The notes: a model not told the origin generated them from the letters alone. Shown: positions 24,461 to 38,799, counted from the first letter of the whole stretch. The stretch is 63,955 nucleotides of DNA, filler included, from Reticulomyxa filosa (GCA_000512085.1; 23 parts of 23 records of this genome joined end to end with filler, not necessarily neighbours in it), one strand, 5' to 3'. Numbers and translations: made by a program.

Positions 24461-26518
24461 GTTTAAAACTACTTCATTTGCCTTGATATTATCCGGAGCT
24501 CTGTAAACAGTTATTCAATCATGAACATACGTACACATTGCAAACACACAACTTGAACAAAAAAAAAAGTAGTCTATTCCCATCAAAAAAAAAATTAAAT
24601 ATGTATGTGTAATAGTATTAAATGGACATGGCCGCAATAATAGTGCTCACTCACCTCTTGATTGGATCTTGACGCATTCGTTCTTTTTCGTTTGCCCTCT
24701 GTTCTTCTTTTGCATTGCCCTCCAAGTTCGTTTGTCTTTGTCTGTTGGTCGTTGCGTGGGCAGTTTCACTCGCATCTTCATGTGCCTTGCACATTATCCC
24801 CTCTCTCCAAATGGATTCTAATGAATAACGAGGGACAAATCTGGAGCGCTTGAAGGTTCGAAGACCAAAAAGGACTTTTTCCAACTTCTGTTTTGTTCAA
24901 TAAATATTTTATAATATTTTTTGTATTTATTGTTGCGATAGTACTATTACAATTCTCTTTTAATATATAAAACTACAAATATTTAGAAAACAGTTTTCAA
25001 AAATAAAATTGGCATAAGCAGCAACGAGAATACAAAGACAAAGGACCTTTTTTACGTTGACATCACAAGAAAAAAACATACGTAAGTATTATCAATTTTT
25101 GTTTTTTTACACATGAGAACCAAAATAGCAGTAGAATACTCATTAGAAGTCCCTATTCGGCTGCAGATGGCTCGCAACTGCTTTCTCCCGCGGAGAGAGT
25201 TGTCTCTGGTGATGAGNNNNNNNNNNNNNNNNNNNNNNNNNNNNNNNNNNNNNNNNNNNNTTAATTAATTAANNNNNNNNNNNNNNNNNNNNNNNNNNNN
25301 NNNNNNNNNNNNNNNNTGTGCATTAACCTGGAAACTCTCTTTGAAAAAAATACAATGTAATGTTATTGTCTGTTGAATTACTAAATCTTTTTCTTGATTT
25401 GGGGATAATTAAATGTTCTACAACTGACAATGACAGCATACAAATTACAATATCACTTTGACCAGACTTTCAATTATATTTGCCTGTATAACGTTAGCAT
25501 CATGTGGCTTAGCAATCGTTGGCTAATCTAGTTTTTTGGTGAATTTTTCAGCAAATCGATCTATCAAATCGAATTTACATTTCTGATCAATTCAATGCTT
25601 CCTCTCATTTTTACGGTTCCCTCTTTGCCTTCAATACAGATCCCAGCACCAGATGAGATCTTTCAAATCATCACCAACATTTTATGTGCACTTATTCAAC
25701 TTTTTTTTCTTAATTTATGTCATGTTTGTATTGTGTTAAAAAAGATTTGATATGATATATACTATTGAATTTTTCGATTATGCTTTTATTTTTTAAAAGC
25801 TTTTTCGTCGATCTTTTTTGAAATACGATATTGCAAATAAGGATTTTATCACTACACAAATACAGAATAAAATATAGCCAAAAAAGTATGATATTTAAAA
25901 CTCTGTATGAAGAATAGTGGATCCAATAATATTTCAATTGATCTGCTATTACAACATATTATTATTTGATCCATTATTTTTAAATTTTTTCATATGCTTG
26001 TTTTATTCCTTTTTAGAACTTTAAGAAATTTTTTAGAAATAATTGAATAGTAAAGCTTCCAATAGATAATTATCTCTAATTGGCGCAAAACTAAAAAAAG
26101 AATTGACTGAACTTTTTTCCAAACAACAAAATTGCCTTATGTCCAACGTGAAAATTGATGATTGCACCTTGATGCAAAGTGTAACATAAAATATTTATAT
26201 GAGTGATTTTCAACAAAAACAGGTAAAATAAATCAAGGATATAACATCAACAAAACAAGAAGATATTGGTACTTAACAAATCACAGATTATCTTTCATAT
26301 GTATTATACTATCTTATCTCTTGCATTTATTTGAAATGTTATACATTTAATTTTTTTTTCTGGCTTTTACAGCATGACTTTTTTTTTAACAAAAATTTTT
26401 TTATCAAACTGTAAAGAAAAAATAATCCATTTAACAAACGTTGCACTTGTGCTTAAAAGAAACTTTTATTTGTGATGTAAGTATATGATTTCAACTTTTT
26501 CCAGTTCTATTTTTATGT

Positions 26519-26712
26519 TGTAGGACAAGCCCTTATCACGCATGGCTGAACGCTTATGGAACTGAGGAGCTCCCTTTGGGTTAAACCTCCTCAACAAACT
26601 ACCTCTTACTTACTTGCTTTCTTTACTTCCTTTTATCCTTTGATTTATTCTTTAATTTACTTTTGTTTACTGAAAGTCACTCTCATTTCGAGTAACACTC
26701 TTTCGTATTACA
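26519..26712 (+). mobile_element. Solo-LTR-like repeat copy
   Basis: TGTAGGAC...CTTTCGTATTACA; CATGGCTGAA is shared with a partial copy at 15955-16004. Confidence 0.65.
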
Positions 26713-27554
26713 TTTAGTGAAGCTCTTCACCGTAGACTCCCCACAATGTCATTTACAGTTTCACACTTCTAAGTTACCAACCACCTGATCACTAGCCTGC
26801 GCATTTTATCACTCTAAATAGATTTTCTTCGTGATCAATGCTTTCTGTTGATATTACAATTTTTTTAAAACGCTTTTTTCCAATTTTGGACAGTTATCAA
26901 GTCAACATTGAAGTGTTTTGCCACTTTTCGCATAGACTTTCAATCAAAGCATTTGCACAGATATCACTTTTGTAAACTAATCACAGTGCTTACACATAAT
27001 GATCTTTACTTTCTTATGTGTTTATTGTGCTTTGTGACGTCGGCTGCACTGAATAAAAGGACATATTGCGAATTTTTTTTTTCTTTAATCATAATATTAT
27101 TATTCTCACTAGTACATATATAACGCTGCCTTTGTTTAGTTACTATAAATAAGGTGACACATGCTTGGTTTAAGGATCTCTATTTGAAGACGATTGAAGC
27201 ATTGTGAGCTCTTTCTTCTTTTGATCGGCTCAAATAAGAATGATCTTTTCACAATTCTTGATCTTCTTTCTACAATCGTTTCAATTTTCTTTCGCTCAGA
27301 TCCCTAATTTGAATAATAAATTAGAAAGTAATGAAATAATACCTTCATCTATAATACCTTTTGGTATATCAGTCCTTTCTATACAAGTAATATTTTGTAG
27401 AACTATGAAATATAATTATTTTCCAATAAACTTGCATACTTGGATAGTGAAGATGTTTGTAGAAACGCTTACGGGGTCTTTTTGCGTCGGTCTTAAACAA
27501 AGAAGATTATAATATTGTAAGTATTCTTGAACCTTTAATATTATTTGGAAGGAA

Positions 27555-28938
27555 ATGCCAGAAATATTAACAATCGAAATTGGTCAAGCAGGCATTCAAC
27601 TCGGAAATGCTGTCTGGGAACAATACTGTGCGGAACGCGGTGTCGACAATACAGGCAAACACAGCAGAATAAATTGGACGACACACAAAAGCTATTTTTT
27701 GAAGAAATGAGTAATGGCCAATATTCGTCAAGGAACCTGGCTGTTAAGAATTGTTTGTTTTGACTCAACATCAATAAAAAGAATGTATATTAAAAAATAA
27801 AGGTTGACCTAGAACCAAGCGTAATTGATGATATGAAAACTGGTCGATTTTCATCGCTGTGGAATCACGAATTTTTATTATCCGGAAAACAGGACGCATC
27901 AAATAATTTTGCACGGGGATACCATGCAGTTGGAAAACAAATGATCGACAAAGTAAATGATGGTATACGGAAATGGGCAGAAAAATGTGATGATCTGGAG
28001 GGATTTATGGTTTCTCACAGTGTTGGAGGAGGAACAGGTTCTGGCTTGGGCTCATTGATATTAGAACAACTTGGAGAAAACTACAAAAAAAAGTTAGAGC
28101 AGGATTTGAAATGTATCCATCGCCAAGTTTATCCACTTGTGTAATTGAACCTTACAACGCATTGTTGACAACCCATTGCTTATTGGATAATATCGAAATG
28201 TCATTAGTATTTGAAAACGAAGCAATCTACAACATTTGCAAAAATAAATTGCTCATCGCAAAACCAGATGTAAATCACTTAAATAGTTTGATTGCAAAAG
28301 TGATATCTGGGGTGAATTCATCTAATCGAGGAGATAGTTTTAATTTGAACAGTTTATGTACCGATTTGTGTTATGCACAAATACACTTTATAACAACGGG
28401 AATGGCTCCGATTCTACCTAAAGCAGATATAACAGTGAATGTACCAGATGATCTAGATATAATTACCATTGATTGTTTCGAACCTTCCAACTGGTTTGTA
28501 CAATATACTGAATTTGATCCTGAAAAAGAGAAATGCACTGGCCTTCGTGTTGTGCATCGTGCTAATGTCTACGGAAGAGACTCAAGCGCTGCTTTTTTTA
28601 GATGTAGATCAAAATACTCCTTGGTTGATTGGCCTCCAACATGTCGTAGTTGCACTTTGGATCAAACTCCCATAGCCATTTTGGAAACGGATGATATTGC
28701 TAAATTTAGCAAAAGTACTGTTTTGCTTGCCAATAACACTGGTATTCGAACGTTCATCAAACAAATTACAAAGCAATTTGATTATATGTATTCTCAAAAG
28801 GCATTTGTTCATTGGTATACTAAAGAGGGAATTGAAGAATATGAACTCGCCAATGCTCGTGAAGAATTAGAATTTTTACAAAAAAATTATTTCGAGATTT
28901 CGTCTATTGCGAATGACGAATATTCTGATAATGATTAA
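27555..28938 (+). CDS. Highly divergent alpha-tubulin (alpha2-like); one intron, two homopolymer frameshifts
   Basis: MPEILTIEIGQAGIQLGNAVWEQYCAE, VDLEP, GKQDASNNFARG, GGGTGSG, IEPYN, ENEAIYNIC, KAFVHWYTKEG; frame shifts at about 27658 and 28090. Confidence 0.92.
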
Positions 28939-30489
28939 ACTTGTTTCCTCAAAAAAACATACAGTTTTTGAATATCGCAAATTGGTTGTTTGCAAAACTC
29001 AGGTGCGTCTGTTATTTTCATCATAATGAATTGATAATCTTGTTTAAAATAATAATGCTTAAATTATAACTCTGTGTCACGTACTATGCTTTTTTGCATT
29101 TTAATTTAAATTATCTATTATATTCTTCTTGTTGTCTAAGATTGCTATAATAATCAAATAATGAAAATAATTTTTGGAAAATTTGTGATTGATTTAATTT
29201 TAACAGTGTGCAGTTGCTAATAATAACAAATTGTAAGAAAAATGTAATCTTAAATTACAAATCAAGCAATCAACATATGTGACAAAAAAAAAAACAATCA
29301 AATAAAAAACATATCAATATCATCTTATTTTTTTCTTTTCTTTTTTGTAGTTTTTTGTTTTTGATGCATTTATTCAACTATTTTTTTTTGTTCGATCGTA
29401 CATTTTTTTGTTTTTTAAAAGATTTATGCAAAAATGTATTAATATATATTTTTTGAAAATACTTAAGAAAAATTGGCAAATTTCATGATTGTGATATGTG
29501 CATAACTGTCAACTTTTTCCCAAAATTTACAAAAATCGATAAAAGATTCAAATTTTTCACACAATTTGGAAAGATGGAATAAAAAGTCAAACCTATAAAC
29601 TACATTCTTGTAGATATTCTATTAAAAAAAATTTTGACAATGATATTTCTCCATAAAGAAAATCAGTTGTCTTTAGAAGATGCCATTTTGTATGTCGGTT
29701 CTTTTGCATTCCACTGCAAGTAATTATCATTTAATGGTACTAAAATATGTGCTACATTGATTGCTAATCAAATAATTGGATTAAGTCAAAGTGAAATGTA
29801 CAATAAAAAATGTCTTTTAGGAAAAATTACAAACATTGGTAAGGAATTTTTGTTGATTGATGCTAAAAATCAAACAACATTCAAACGAGCACTGCTTGAT
29901 TTGTGGTCTAAACTAAACGAAACCTGGTTCCGGAGTTACAACCGGTGATTATTTTAGAAAGCCGTCTGGTGTAACCTTTTAAGACAAATTTATTTCCTCA
30001 AATACGTAAAGTGATCCCATGGTAACTAAGTGGAGGCTTGTTCTAAAAGCAATAAAGAAGTAACACAAACTAAAATAAAAAATTAAATGTAAACTAGTTA
30101 TCTGTGGTAAATATTTTAGTTGTGCGCTGCGTGCATGAGTTATTAGTGGCATATTTTTACGATCTGATAAAACTACGTAATATCTCCAAGTGAAAAATAG
30201 AAGCACGCTCTGAAAAAATATATGTTGCTTATGGACTCGTGCCAATAACCTGGAGGAAAATATATCCTTTCTCGTAGTGGTTAGGATTGTTTTCCCCAAT
30301 CCTTTGCAAAATTGGTAAGTCAGTGAAAAATGAAAAATTAAGCAAATGTTAGTGATATAAACAAACAAAAAAGCCAGAGATAACAAAGCGGCACAAGGAT
30401 ACGAATCAAAAATCTAAAAACAAAAACTACAACTCGTAAATGTATCCATTGAGAGGGAACTGGAGCACTTGTTTTTTATATCTTTGCAG

Positions 30490-30825
30490 CTAAATTTGGA
30501 TAAATTCTTTCTGTATAGTTTTCTCTTCTTTGAGCGTGGAGAAAAGTTTTGCAACATAGTCTACAACAACATTTTTGATTTCCGAGAATGTTGCAGAAAG
30601 ACCCATTTCTGCATAGACAGGACCAAGATACGACACTCCTGTTTCTGCGTATGTGGGGCCAATTCCGACAGACAACCCACGGCCAATTCCAAAGTCAAAA
30701 TACGGGAGGTATGCTGAGTAGCCAAATCCAATAAAAATTCCTGTTGTCTCGTGCCAAATGCCTGTTTCTGCATAAGCACCGGTTACACACATTCCAGTAG
30801 AACCATAAAATCCAATATCGAACAT
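30490..30825 (-). CDS. Orphan 111-aa Gly/aromatic-rich protein
   Basis: Intact single-exon ORF with three GxxYAE(T/M)G repeats. Confidence 0.5.
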   Translation of the reverse strand: MFDIGFYGSTGMCVTGAYAETGIWHETTGIFIGFGYSAYLPYFDFGIGRGLSVGIGPTYAETGVSYLGPVYAEMGLSATFSEIKNVVVDYVAKLFSTLKEEKTIQKEFIQI

Positions 30826-31538
30826 TTTTGCTTAATAAAATTGATATTGTAAGAAATTATGACCCTTCTCCCTTGCAAGATTTTTTTAGAGCCTAGCACT
30901 CATTTGAACGTTATGCAAATTTTTCACTCGTTTAGTGTGTGAATTTAGTTGATATTATTAAAAATTTCACTTTATTCAATCACTTGTTTGAAAAGATTAA
31001 ATTATAAATATTTATCCAGTTTAGGTTGTAGATTTTAAAAAAGTTGCAAGTAGTCCTAACTGAGTTCCATGGAATTGATTATTTTTTCTCACAACCCTTC
31101 CCACAGTGGCGAATATAAGCGTAAACTAACTTTTACTTCTATGTTCACATCAAATCTTCATTAATAATTGCATCAACCAACATTTGAGGCATCTTTGTCC
31201 TTTAGGACGAAACTACCCATTTGACGTGAGGTTAATGTTTTTGTGCTTCTGCTTCTTAATAATTAATTGATTAGCAAACATAACACGACTCCCCAAGTAA
31301 CATTTTAAAATAGCTTGTTGTTCCAAGAACACTGTGTTTGTTCCAAACAAAAGGTATCACATTTAAATTTGCAAATTGATTATTCTATAAGTAAACTAGT
31401 GTTTTCCTTAGCACTCGTCCAACAGCAAACAAAAACCTGGACAAACTCCACTTAAATGCTCTTCACTAACTGAAAAAAGGAAACAGAGATAATTTAAACT
31501 TGATAAAAACATTATCTTTATTCACAAACGATACAATT

Positions 31539-34130
31539 ATGTCAATTAGGCCTGGTCGTTTGGTAGATTATTTTGTAACGGTAGGACTTCCAGATTTGAA
31601 TAACTTGGTTCCATATCATGGGGAGTACGTCACTCAAAACTTGGAGGAAATGGGGTTGAATGAAATCAAAACAATCCGTAATCTTCGGATTATTCGAAGT
31701 AATAAACCATCAGAAATTCCAGATAATTATTATTGTTTATCCCAATCATTGGAAGGTCATTTTGTAGGAGTTGATACGGACAATTGGTTTGGAAAGTTTG
31801 GAAAGAGCAAAACGAATGGGCCATTCATAGCATTTGAAAGAGCAGATCATCAAATCTTAGCAGCTGATCAAGATCAAAATGCAGAGATGGATAAGATGGG
31901 CCAAGAAACAAATGAAAAAGAAGGAACACAACGAGAAGATAGTTTATCGAGTACTGTCCATTACAACAACTCAAGAACAAGTGATTTGTATCCAATTACA
32001 AAACTATGTATAAGAGATGTGACCGAATATCTCAAGCTCAAAACCAACAAGGACATCATTTCGTCGTCCCAGTCACAGTTGAATATTTTTTTGCAAAAAA
32101 AAAAATGCACATTCATCTGGGTGCACTGTGCACAAAAATAAAAAAAAGTGTCTGTACATGCCCTCGTAAACTTTGAAAGAAAAGAGAGAGGGAATGGTGA
32201 ATATTTTTCCCCTTTTTTTGAAAAAGAAAAACGCACCCACGAATATTACGTGTTTTTTTAAAAAAATGCAAAACATAAGAAAAAATCGATTTCCGAAAGA
32301 TGAAAGTAAAAATGTGAGAATATCAGCATCGAGGTTGAAAAGTTTACCAAAGCCATTGCCAGCAAAAAACAGAAATGGGAATGAGGTGGGGTGGCATTTG
32401 GTTGAAGGGTATTTAAATAAAGAGAATGCAGGACACATATTGCAATTGTTTGTACAAAGAGACCCAAAAGCAGACCCAATCATCGACTTAGTGATTGTGA
32501 ATGAAGTTCATAATGTGTTCCCTCTGTGCTTTACTCGCCCCCTTTTTTTTTTTAAAAGTAAGACTTTGAAATACAATGCCAAGAGGGAGCATGGCCAAAC
32601 AAACATCCCAAAAAACAACAAAACACATATGCGCATTACGCAAATGGATAGAGCAAAGGAGAGGTAATGCCTTCTGGGTACGTGAAAGTGTCGGATGAAA
32701 ATGGGAAGGTGCTGCCACTAACCGTAGGAACAAATCATAGAGACAAAATGTACTTATGCTACAAAACACGTGATCGAAAACATTTTGAATCAAAACACGA
32801 AATATTTTTAAATCCTCAAATTTTGGATCGCTATCCAGACAAAGAGTATCCGGAATTTCCTTTGAGTGAGTCTTTTGCAATGTTTTGTTTCCCTCGTGGA
32901 ATTGAAATCGTTCCCGGCAAACTCAAAACCAATTCGATGAGCGCATCATCGTCTCTTATCAATGTCAACACACTGAAAGAAAAGATTTCATCCAAAACAA
33001 AGCAATTCATCCATTCATTGAGCAAAGAGAAAAAGTTTTCTTTTGTTTTTTTTGACTCGATTTGTAAATTTTATTATTCCGTCCCCTTATGCATATGTAT
33101 ATATATTTCAAAAAAAAGAAAATTGTTTTGAATGACAGTGAGGATCCAAATGTGTTAATGGACAAAGACGATCATCTTGCTTCGATTGTGCTTCTTTTGA
33201 TTCTTCCTCTGTCGGAAAGGCGCACAGCAATAACAATCTGGCTAAAACTGCGCCAATGGATATTTATACGTCAAGACAACACACGTTTGTGTTAAGTAAT
33301 GACCAAAATGACCGCATGTATGGTGCATGCGTAATATTTTACGAAGAGCATCCCAGGACTCCCGGTATGTCTTTTTGTTGTTTGTTTGGCTTAACATCAC
33401 TGAATTTAAATTTATAATACAATACAACGCAACACAAGCAATGAAGAATGTGATATCTCCCGAATTTGAAACGGTATACATTCCAAAAGGGATTGTGTGT
33501 ACTTTCTCATTACCCATTTTACAATGGATTTTTAGTGTTTTTAAACCACGTGTACCGAGTATCATGTTCTCCTGCCAATAATGTCCCACTAGAACGTTAT
33601 GTGAGCCATTTTGTTCACAACGTGCCATTACCACTGTCGGGACATCCTGGTGTGATCTATCAATTGGGTGTGAAAACAATCCAATTTTGTCTGTCCCATG
33701 AATATGATCTGCCGACATTGAATTTTTCTCTGCAAATACTGTTTCGCTGTTTATCGATTGACGATGTCATCACCTTGATCGGACTGGTCTTGATGGAGCG
33801 CAAGATCGTTTTGGTATCCAAGCATTATCACATCATCACACCAGTCGCCGAAGCAATCCGAGCTTTGATTTTTCCATTTCAATGGAAATATACTTGTTAT
33901 CATTTTTTCAATTTTTTTTTATTTTTTTTTATTTTTTTTGTATAAAAAGAAAAGTGCTTCATTTTCGATATCAATTTGTGTGTGAACATCATGTGTGGGA
34001 CAACACACTAGTCATTCCCGTATTGCCGGAGAAATTGAAAGTATGTTTGGAAGCGGTGGTGCCTTTTGTTGTCGGAATACACCGTTCTTTTTATGATGAA
34101 GTATTTTTGGCCGATGATGTTGAGCGCTCG
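31539..34130 (+). CDS. MABP + DENN domain Rab GEF (DENND4-like), 3' truncated
   Basis: RLVDYFVTVGL; MABP-like PIIDLVIV...PSGY...YLCYK; uDENN ILDRYP...FCFPRG; cDENN YGAC, KGLCVLSHYPF, LMERKIVLVS, FPFQW, IPVLP, PFVVGIH. Confidence 0.9.
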
Positions 34131-35661
34131 CTATTCTTTTTTTTATATCAAAAAAAGGCTTTTTTTGATTTAAAAAAAAAAAAAANNNNNNNNNNNNNNN
34201 NNNNNNNNNNNNNNNNNNNNNNNNNNNNNTTAATTAATTAANNNNNNNNNNNNNNNNNNNNNNNNNNNNNNNNNNNNNNNNNNNNTATTGTCAATTAAAT
34301 TGGATGAATATCAAAACAAAAAAATTAAAGTGTCCTAAATTCAATTAATTGTATTATCGAAATTATGCAAAGCAAATATATTCTTCCAGATATCATATTT
34401 TACAGTATGCTTTTACATCACTTGATATAATTATATTTAATACAATGACCAAGAATGATATTTCAGATAGACATTGCATTATCTTCATTTAATTATTGAT
34501 GTCTACAATGTTAATCCAAATTTAATTATTTGTAATAATTTGTTATTTGTATGTACAAAAATGAGAAATGTCAATACAATCTCAATCAATGTTAAATCTA
34601 TGTAATAGTTTATTCTAATTGATGAAATAACGTGTACAATGATTATGATAATATGTTTTGAAAATAAAGATATTGAAAAAATATTATTTCAAGAATCTGC
34701 TTACATTTATTCCTTACATTATTGTTGGACAAATGACATTTTAATTTCACTTGTTGTTTTTTTTGATTAGTTTGAATATGTTATTGTTGAGATATTTAAT
34801 TATTTGGTTTTGCTAATTGATCGATACAATAATTCATTTATCATTTTAATCTAATTCAATTATTTTTTTAATAATATTCATTTTGCGCTTTAATTGATTG
34901 TCAAACACTTTTTCTCAACATCACGTTCAATTACAACATTGACCAGTTTTATTTGTTGATTGAAATAAAAATCTTTTGTTGTAATATTAATTATGCTTAT
35001 TGTATGATGATTTGTGAAACAAATAACAAATTTACTTACGGTTTTTAGTTGCTAAAAAATGTCCTTTTTTTCACAAAGTTATTTTACAAGATAACAATAA
35101 AAAATATTGACATGCAGCATGCCATAATAATGCTTTCCAAAGTTTTTAATTACAAGTTGCATGAATTCACACAAAAAGTTTTAGAATAAAAAACTAAACC
35201 ATTAACTCTAATCATTGCACAATGCAAAAAAACGAGAAAGATGGAATTTGTTTGAGATGTCATACAACCCTGTTTTTTTAATCTCACTAAAAAATAACTT
35301 GTTCGCAAGCCTTAACACAAGGATTTTGTACCGACAAAAACTAAATGTGAATATAATTTAAAGCTACACAAAGTGTAAATCATTTCAAGATCCTTAATAA
35401 CTGATTTTTACTGTCATTTTTTAAGAAAACAAGTTAATTCAAAAAGAAAGGTACAATATCCGTATTTCCGATACAAGACAGTCACAAACAATGCTTGACA
35501 AATGGTATTACTTTTTTACTGAAAATTCTCGATACAATAATTCAACCTTTCATGCATTTCANNNNNNNNNNNNNNNNNNNNNNNNNNNNNNNNNNNNNNN
35601 NNNNNTTAATTAATTAANNNNNNNNNNNNNNNNNNNNNNNNNNNNNNNNNNNNNNNNNNNN

Positions 35662-36230
35662 GATATCGTTTTAGGCGTTCAGTTTTCTTTGCAACCTACT
35701 GTATTCTATTGACATTTCTGCGTTATTGCAGAATAATATAAATTTGTTTTTTTCCAACTTTTCAAAACAATGATATCCAAGATTGTAATTATTACATGCA
35801 ATTTCTATTTTATTCTGGTGAATTTCTGATATATCATTTAAATTTGCAATTTTAATATTTTTTAGATAATATGTTATAAATAACAAATCATCATTTTGAT
35901 CACCTATTAATCCCTTGGTACCTTTAAGGTTTTCTCTATATTTTCCAATGTTCTTATTATTGTCATTTTTAATCCAATATTAAATTTTTGATTATCTTCT
36001 TTGGGGCCAACATTTGGAATATCGTTCCAAACGCTTTTATATTTTATTACAAAAGTTTATTTTACAGTTTCACAACATTGTCTTCCAAATGACAATAAAT
36101 GCATCACATCATCGTTTGTTTTATTTTTACAACACAATGTCCTATTAATTCCACATCGGCAGGATATGAACAAATATATTTGTATTTTTTTTGTAAAGTA
36201 TGATATGAATAACAATTAATGAAGATTTTT
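35662..36230 (-). pseudogene. Kelch-family pseudogene (paralog of 18491-19763)
   Basis: KKYKYICSYPADVELIGHCVV...LLSFG...KSVW matches the intact gene; many stops. Confidence 0.7.
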
Positions 36231-37159
36231 CATATAAAACTAACGAGAGTAAAAATATTATTATAATTAGACAAAGCTACAACATGGAAAATGTAAAATT
36301 GCAATATAATACAAAGTATATTTGAAACAATACAGTAATTATTGTGAGAGGATATTCATCACCTTTTATAGTGTAAATGACATTGATAATGAATAAAATG
36401 TGTAGATTAGCTTGAATATTCAAAAATGGATTGAATTGTTTGGATGAATAGATACCATCAACAAAAATATGTTAAGTGTATCAAACAGTAAGATTTGGCT
36501 CTAATTTGTCTTAAAAGAAAAAGATAGAATAAGTAATCTGCATCAAATCTTTTTTAAACTTTGCTTATTGTATTTTAAATTTTTTATTTAACATCATGCC
36601 TCAGGAAAAAATAGCCAGTTAAGGTTATTAATGTGAGAAAAAAATTCTTTTCTATACAAAACAATTTTCAGAGTCAGTGCAAGAAAAAGAGCTTAAAAAG
36701 ACAAAACAACTCGCCAATTTATTCAATTGATTTTTTTGGATAAAATTTGGAATAAATAAAGGAAAGATAGCATAAATCACGGGAAAAAATATTATCGTTA
36801 TCCTATTTATTGTATCGAACAAAATAATGCTATGTCATTTTTGAAAATATAGTAATTGAGTTATGTTGTCAATTTACTCCATGTGATTAAAATATAAGAT
36901 AGTTGTTACTTTATCGAATCTAAAATATGCTCTCGCCATAATATTTGAATAATATACTAAACTGGATAATGATAAAAACAAATGATTTTAATAATAAAAA
37001 AAAACGAAGCGAAATTTATTAATGAATCTACGCTTTCAAATATCAGAAATAGTCATTTGATAAATTCATATTCGCTTTCCTTTTTTCATTATCTTCTTGT
37101 CATTTTCGACATAAGGCAATCCGTTGGAGGCAGTACAAATAGTTGTATTTTTAACAGGA

Positions 37160-37396
37160 TTATGTCTCCTCAATACTATTTTCAGAAGGAAAACATTGAA
37201 ATAGGTTAATGGCGCGATTATAATATTGATGTTCCACAAATTCGTTTATCCTATCTTTGTATTTTTGTTTATTGTTATCATCCAGTTTCCGTTCTTTGAA
37301 TTCACACAATAATTTGATCGTTTTGTTCATATCACCATTACACAAATATTTAAATGAAATATAAATAAGATTTAAATTAATGTTATGTTTGTACAT
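37160..37396 (-). pseudogene. Relic of the same expanded family as 15430-15895
   Basis: NLNLIYISFKYLCNGDMNKTIKLLCEFKE versus DFNLIYAAQFCEGDINIIFKLLFEFEK. Confidence 0.5.
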
Positions 37397-38329
37397 GACA
37401 CTAAAGTATTAATTGTTATATAAATTGATCATTTGTGTATATTTATTTTCAATGTTTTGCTATGCAACAATTAGTTCGAGTAATGCAGAAAATGTTTGAC
37501 ATGAGATATCTCGGATGAATGCATGACCAGTTTTCTCCTCTTTGATGAAGACACTTTTTTTCAAACTAACAAACGCCTCAAATGTATTATAAATCAAAAT
37601 TCTTTGTTTAAAGATTAAATCATTACTCAAACTAGGAAATGACAAACTAATCAAAAATGACCGGTTTCTGTCCTAATTAAAAAAATTATTTACAGGCACA
37701 ATGTTCGAACATCTCCTAAATTAATTGATAGTCACCTGTTTTTTTACTTTCGCAAGATTTTTTTTTGTCAGCTGCTCTCCACGAGCAAAATAGAGACGCA
37801 GTCAAAAAGATCATTTGTATTTTTCTAACACTTTGCTTTGATATTTTTTTAAAAATGTTAAAAAAAACTAAAGCGAAAACAACTTATTCTATTGAGCAAT
37901 ATTTGTTTTGAATGCATTTTAACAAATTGAGATTATTTGAAAAAAGCAATGGTATGTTCATGTAATGATTGACCATTCGTTCAGTCTAATTCTTCAGATG
38001 TGTTTTCTGTTAATGTAGCAATCTCAAAGTTGATTCTATCTGATCAATGTTCATAAAAAACAAAGATTATATGATAAGCATTGATTCTTATTGAATCAAT
38101 TTGATATTCTACAATCTTATTTGTTGAATTAAAAATAAAAAGTATATGTTTGTTATTAAACTTAATGCATATTTAACAATATGATGTAGTTTTTACATCT
38201 GCTTGTTTGTAATCTATGTTATTGAAATGTGAAAATCTTGATATTGTCAAATTTTTTCTCTTTTTAAAACAACAATCTTCTTGATCATTAATTACATAAA
38301 TCCGTTTTTTTTGAACGTTCAAACAAAAA

Positions 38330-38639
38330 AAGGGTTTCTTTTGCAATCAAGTTCATCGTCATGCTTACACAACTTCAACATACGTTCCCCAAGATAAAAA
38401 AAGAAATCATTTCAGATGTATTGGAATGGTTTTATCAAGATGCTGAAAAGACAAAGGATGTCTTAACCTGGCTAACAGAGAACACGTAACAATACATTTC
38501 TATTATTTTCTTTTCTCTTTTTTACTAACAAAAACATTTCAATATTTTTTAACAAATATTGCTTTATATATTTTAATACAGGACAAATTTACACAAACAA
38601 CATTATTTAATGCGTTTATTCAAACAATTTGGCAATAAT
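38330..38639 (+). CDS. CUE-like domain protein, 5' fragment
   Basis: MLTQLQHTFPKIKKEIISDVLEWFYQDAEKTKDVLTWLTEN; FP motif and spacing are CUE-like. Confidence 0.45.
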
Positions 38640-38799
38640 NNNNNNNNNNNNNNNNNNNNNNNNNNNNNNNNNNNNNNNNNNNNTTAATTAATTAANNNNN
38701 NNNNNNNNNNNNNNNNNNNNNNNNNNNNNNNNNNNNNNNAAAAAAAAAAAAAAAAAAACTTTTTCTCGCTTGAGTTTTATTTATTGAGATTTTTTTAAG

